Made by a program: the position numbers and the translations under genes. From the human T2T-CHM13v2.0 reference genome, Homo sapiens, in assembly GCF_009914755.1 (NCBI RefSeq), contig NC_060933.1: a stretch of 64,000 bases of DNA; one strand, written 5' to 3'. This document shows positions 61,721 through 64,000 of this stretch, piece after piece (within the stretch, counting starts at the first letter, position 1; each line of letters begins with the position of its first letter). The notes under the pieces were generated by a model, which saw only the letters and a list, made by a program, of their open reading frames with translations, searched no databases and had not been told where the DNA came from.

Positions 61721-63021
61721 GAAAATGTAATCATTAAAAATAATTTTCCAGCACCCGCCACATTGACATATAGAACCCATTCTAGCTCATTCATAGCCCA
61801 CAATAGCAACTAGGAATTATCTGTTGTATCCCAGGCAATGCTGTGAAAACTATAAGCAAGACCCCCTTCCTGGATACATCTGGGACTCCGTTGCTCCCCT
61901 CCAAGGTTTGATCAGAGAGAGTGGTAGTGAATACACTTCTATCCCATACCTTTCCTCTTCTATTTCTCTCTGCTACTGAGACTTAGCCCAAGAACCAGAA
62001 TGGCTTTTAACCTGTTTTCTGATTGATAAGAACTGCCGCTATTGATATTCTTTCTTCTATGTGTGCAGTGGGGTAAGAAATAGGCAAGAGAACCATGAAA
62101 ACAAAGTAAGATTTCAAAGCACAGGAAACACATCAGGTTAAATTTCAATTTTTTTTCAGCCCAGTAAGAACAGAAATATAGTGATTAATAGTGAATCAAT
62201 GGGTCTCTTATAAGCCAATGTATAAGATTTTATTCATAGGATTATAGGAATCCACTGATGGAAATAATATGACTTGTACTTTTAGACTAAATGTATATCT
62301 GGCTTTATTCTTGGCCCACACTGCCTGAAGAATTAAGTACAACATTAATGTCAGTTCCTTAAGAAGGGTCTGTAGAAATTAGATGATGACACAGAATACA
62401 TGCAGTATCTCCCTTTAAACTTCCCCCAAAGTTCTAAGTCATAGGAAAAAATAGCTTCTACTCTCTCAATTCTTATTGTAAGAATTCTTACTGTTACATG
62501 TAAGAATGTAAGAGACCTTGGGTCCTAGGACAATGCCTGGAAAATAAGATCATGGAAAGAACAATGGCCAATTGAGAGTAAATTAAACCCAGAGCAGACA
62601 GGACAGGCACAGGAAGCACACCATCCCATCCAATCACTCCCTCAAAGCCAGGTACAGAACGCAGGCCTGCAGTCTCCATCAAGTGTCATGTTTTTTTGTT
62701 TGTTTGTTTGTTTGTTCATGGAGCATACAAAACTTGAATATCTAACTACCATTTAACTTTTTATCCCATTAAAAATAAAGGGTTTTTTTGTTTTGTTTTT
62801 TGGAGATAGGGTCTCCCTCTATGCCGTCAATGTTTTTAGAGCCTTCCACGTGGTTCTGATGACGCAGGCTCCAATTTGAGGAGGCTGAGGAAGGATGCTT
62901 AGACGGGGATGAGGGAGGAACTGCATTTACAGGAGGTCATAAGCATCCGAAGACAAGTCTCTATAGCAGGATATATTTATTTTCTTTTTGCTTCTAATTT
63001 TGAAATAAAACTACTTCTTTC

Positions 63022-63316
<295 letters not shown>

Positions 63317-63929
63317 AAAATAAGACCATTTTTATGTGTATATAATAATGCATAAAAAACAAATTTTTAGGAAAAATATGCTATTTTCTTGTGTGCACAT
63401 ATTTTATCCTAAAGATATCTTACCCAAAATCCCAATTCAAAAACTAAATCCCTACAGAAAAACTGAAGCATTCTCCATCATTCCTGTTGAGGAAATGTTA
63501 TTAATACCCATATTATCTTTGTTATTTTTAAACCATAGTATTTTGCAGAGAACCTGATTATATCCCTTAACCCTTAACTGAGAACAAAAATATTAATTTT
63601 AAATGTTTATTACACATTTCTTTTGAAATTTTCAATGGCATAGTGCATTATTAATCTGCATAATATTTCACAATGGTAGTATCTATGCACACAATAATAT
63701 ACACAGAAACATGTTGGAGGTGTGTGTTCACATTTTTGGAAATGGACAGAACAAAGGGGAAGAAGCCTGCACTTCAATACTCACTCAGGGCAGAGACAGG
63801 CCCCTCTAGGGCTGAATTTGAGGTCAGCACCATGTGCAAAGCTGATCTGGGCCTGCTGCAGAAAAGATGCATGTACACCACCTGTCCTCACTTTCCTCCT
63901 GTCCTCTGTGAAAGGGACAGGAGAATAAC

Positions 63930-64000
63930 AGTCCCTTACCTGCCACTTAGCAGCTGCGGCCCTTGGGCAAGTAAATCTCTTTCCTCCTCTGAGCCTCCCA
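63930..64000 (+). mobile_element. MIR fragment (truncated by window end)
   Basis: CTGCCACTTAGCAGCTGCGGCCCTTGGGCAAGTAAAT...CTCTGAGCCTC matches the MIR core. Confidence 0.65.

Overview
Primate (Alu-bearing, most likely human) genomic DNA. Positions 1 to ~49,680 are a head-to-tail, GC/CpG-rich macrosatellite of nine near-identical ~5.43-kb monomers plus a diverged partial tenth. Measured from the window's first 10-mer, monomer starts are 1, 5427, 10871, 16301, 21729, 27155, 32579, 38027, 43451 and 48895. Size and content fit my recollection of the 9q32 ZAV (ZFP37-associated) macrosatellite, which I could not verify. Each monomer carries a GC-enriched L1M 3' fragment, an (AC)n tract, a 648-bp ERV1-type solo LTR with a 4-bp target-site duplication (TSD), a CpG island and a (TG)n(CG)n tract. 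The main result is a predicted 3-exon minus-strand gene in every monomer that the ORF track does not show. It has a strong-Kozak ATG, a GT-AG intron and an in-frame GC-AG intron, and encodes a 220-aa Arg/Ser/Pro-rich protein with an NLS-like motif and a Trp/Leu-rich helical C-terminal segment. It is intact in all nine copies, has a perfect DUX4-type motif ~240 bp upstream of the ATG, and its first canonical AATAAA comes from the LTR. Just beyond the array is an AT-rich relic of a monomer that records GC-enrichment of the homogenised copies. The rest (51.5-64 kb) is ordinary intergenic DNA with Alu, L1, MIR, ERV1 and MaLR elements. The gene model is a sequence-only prediction.
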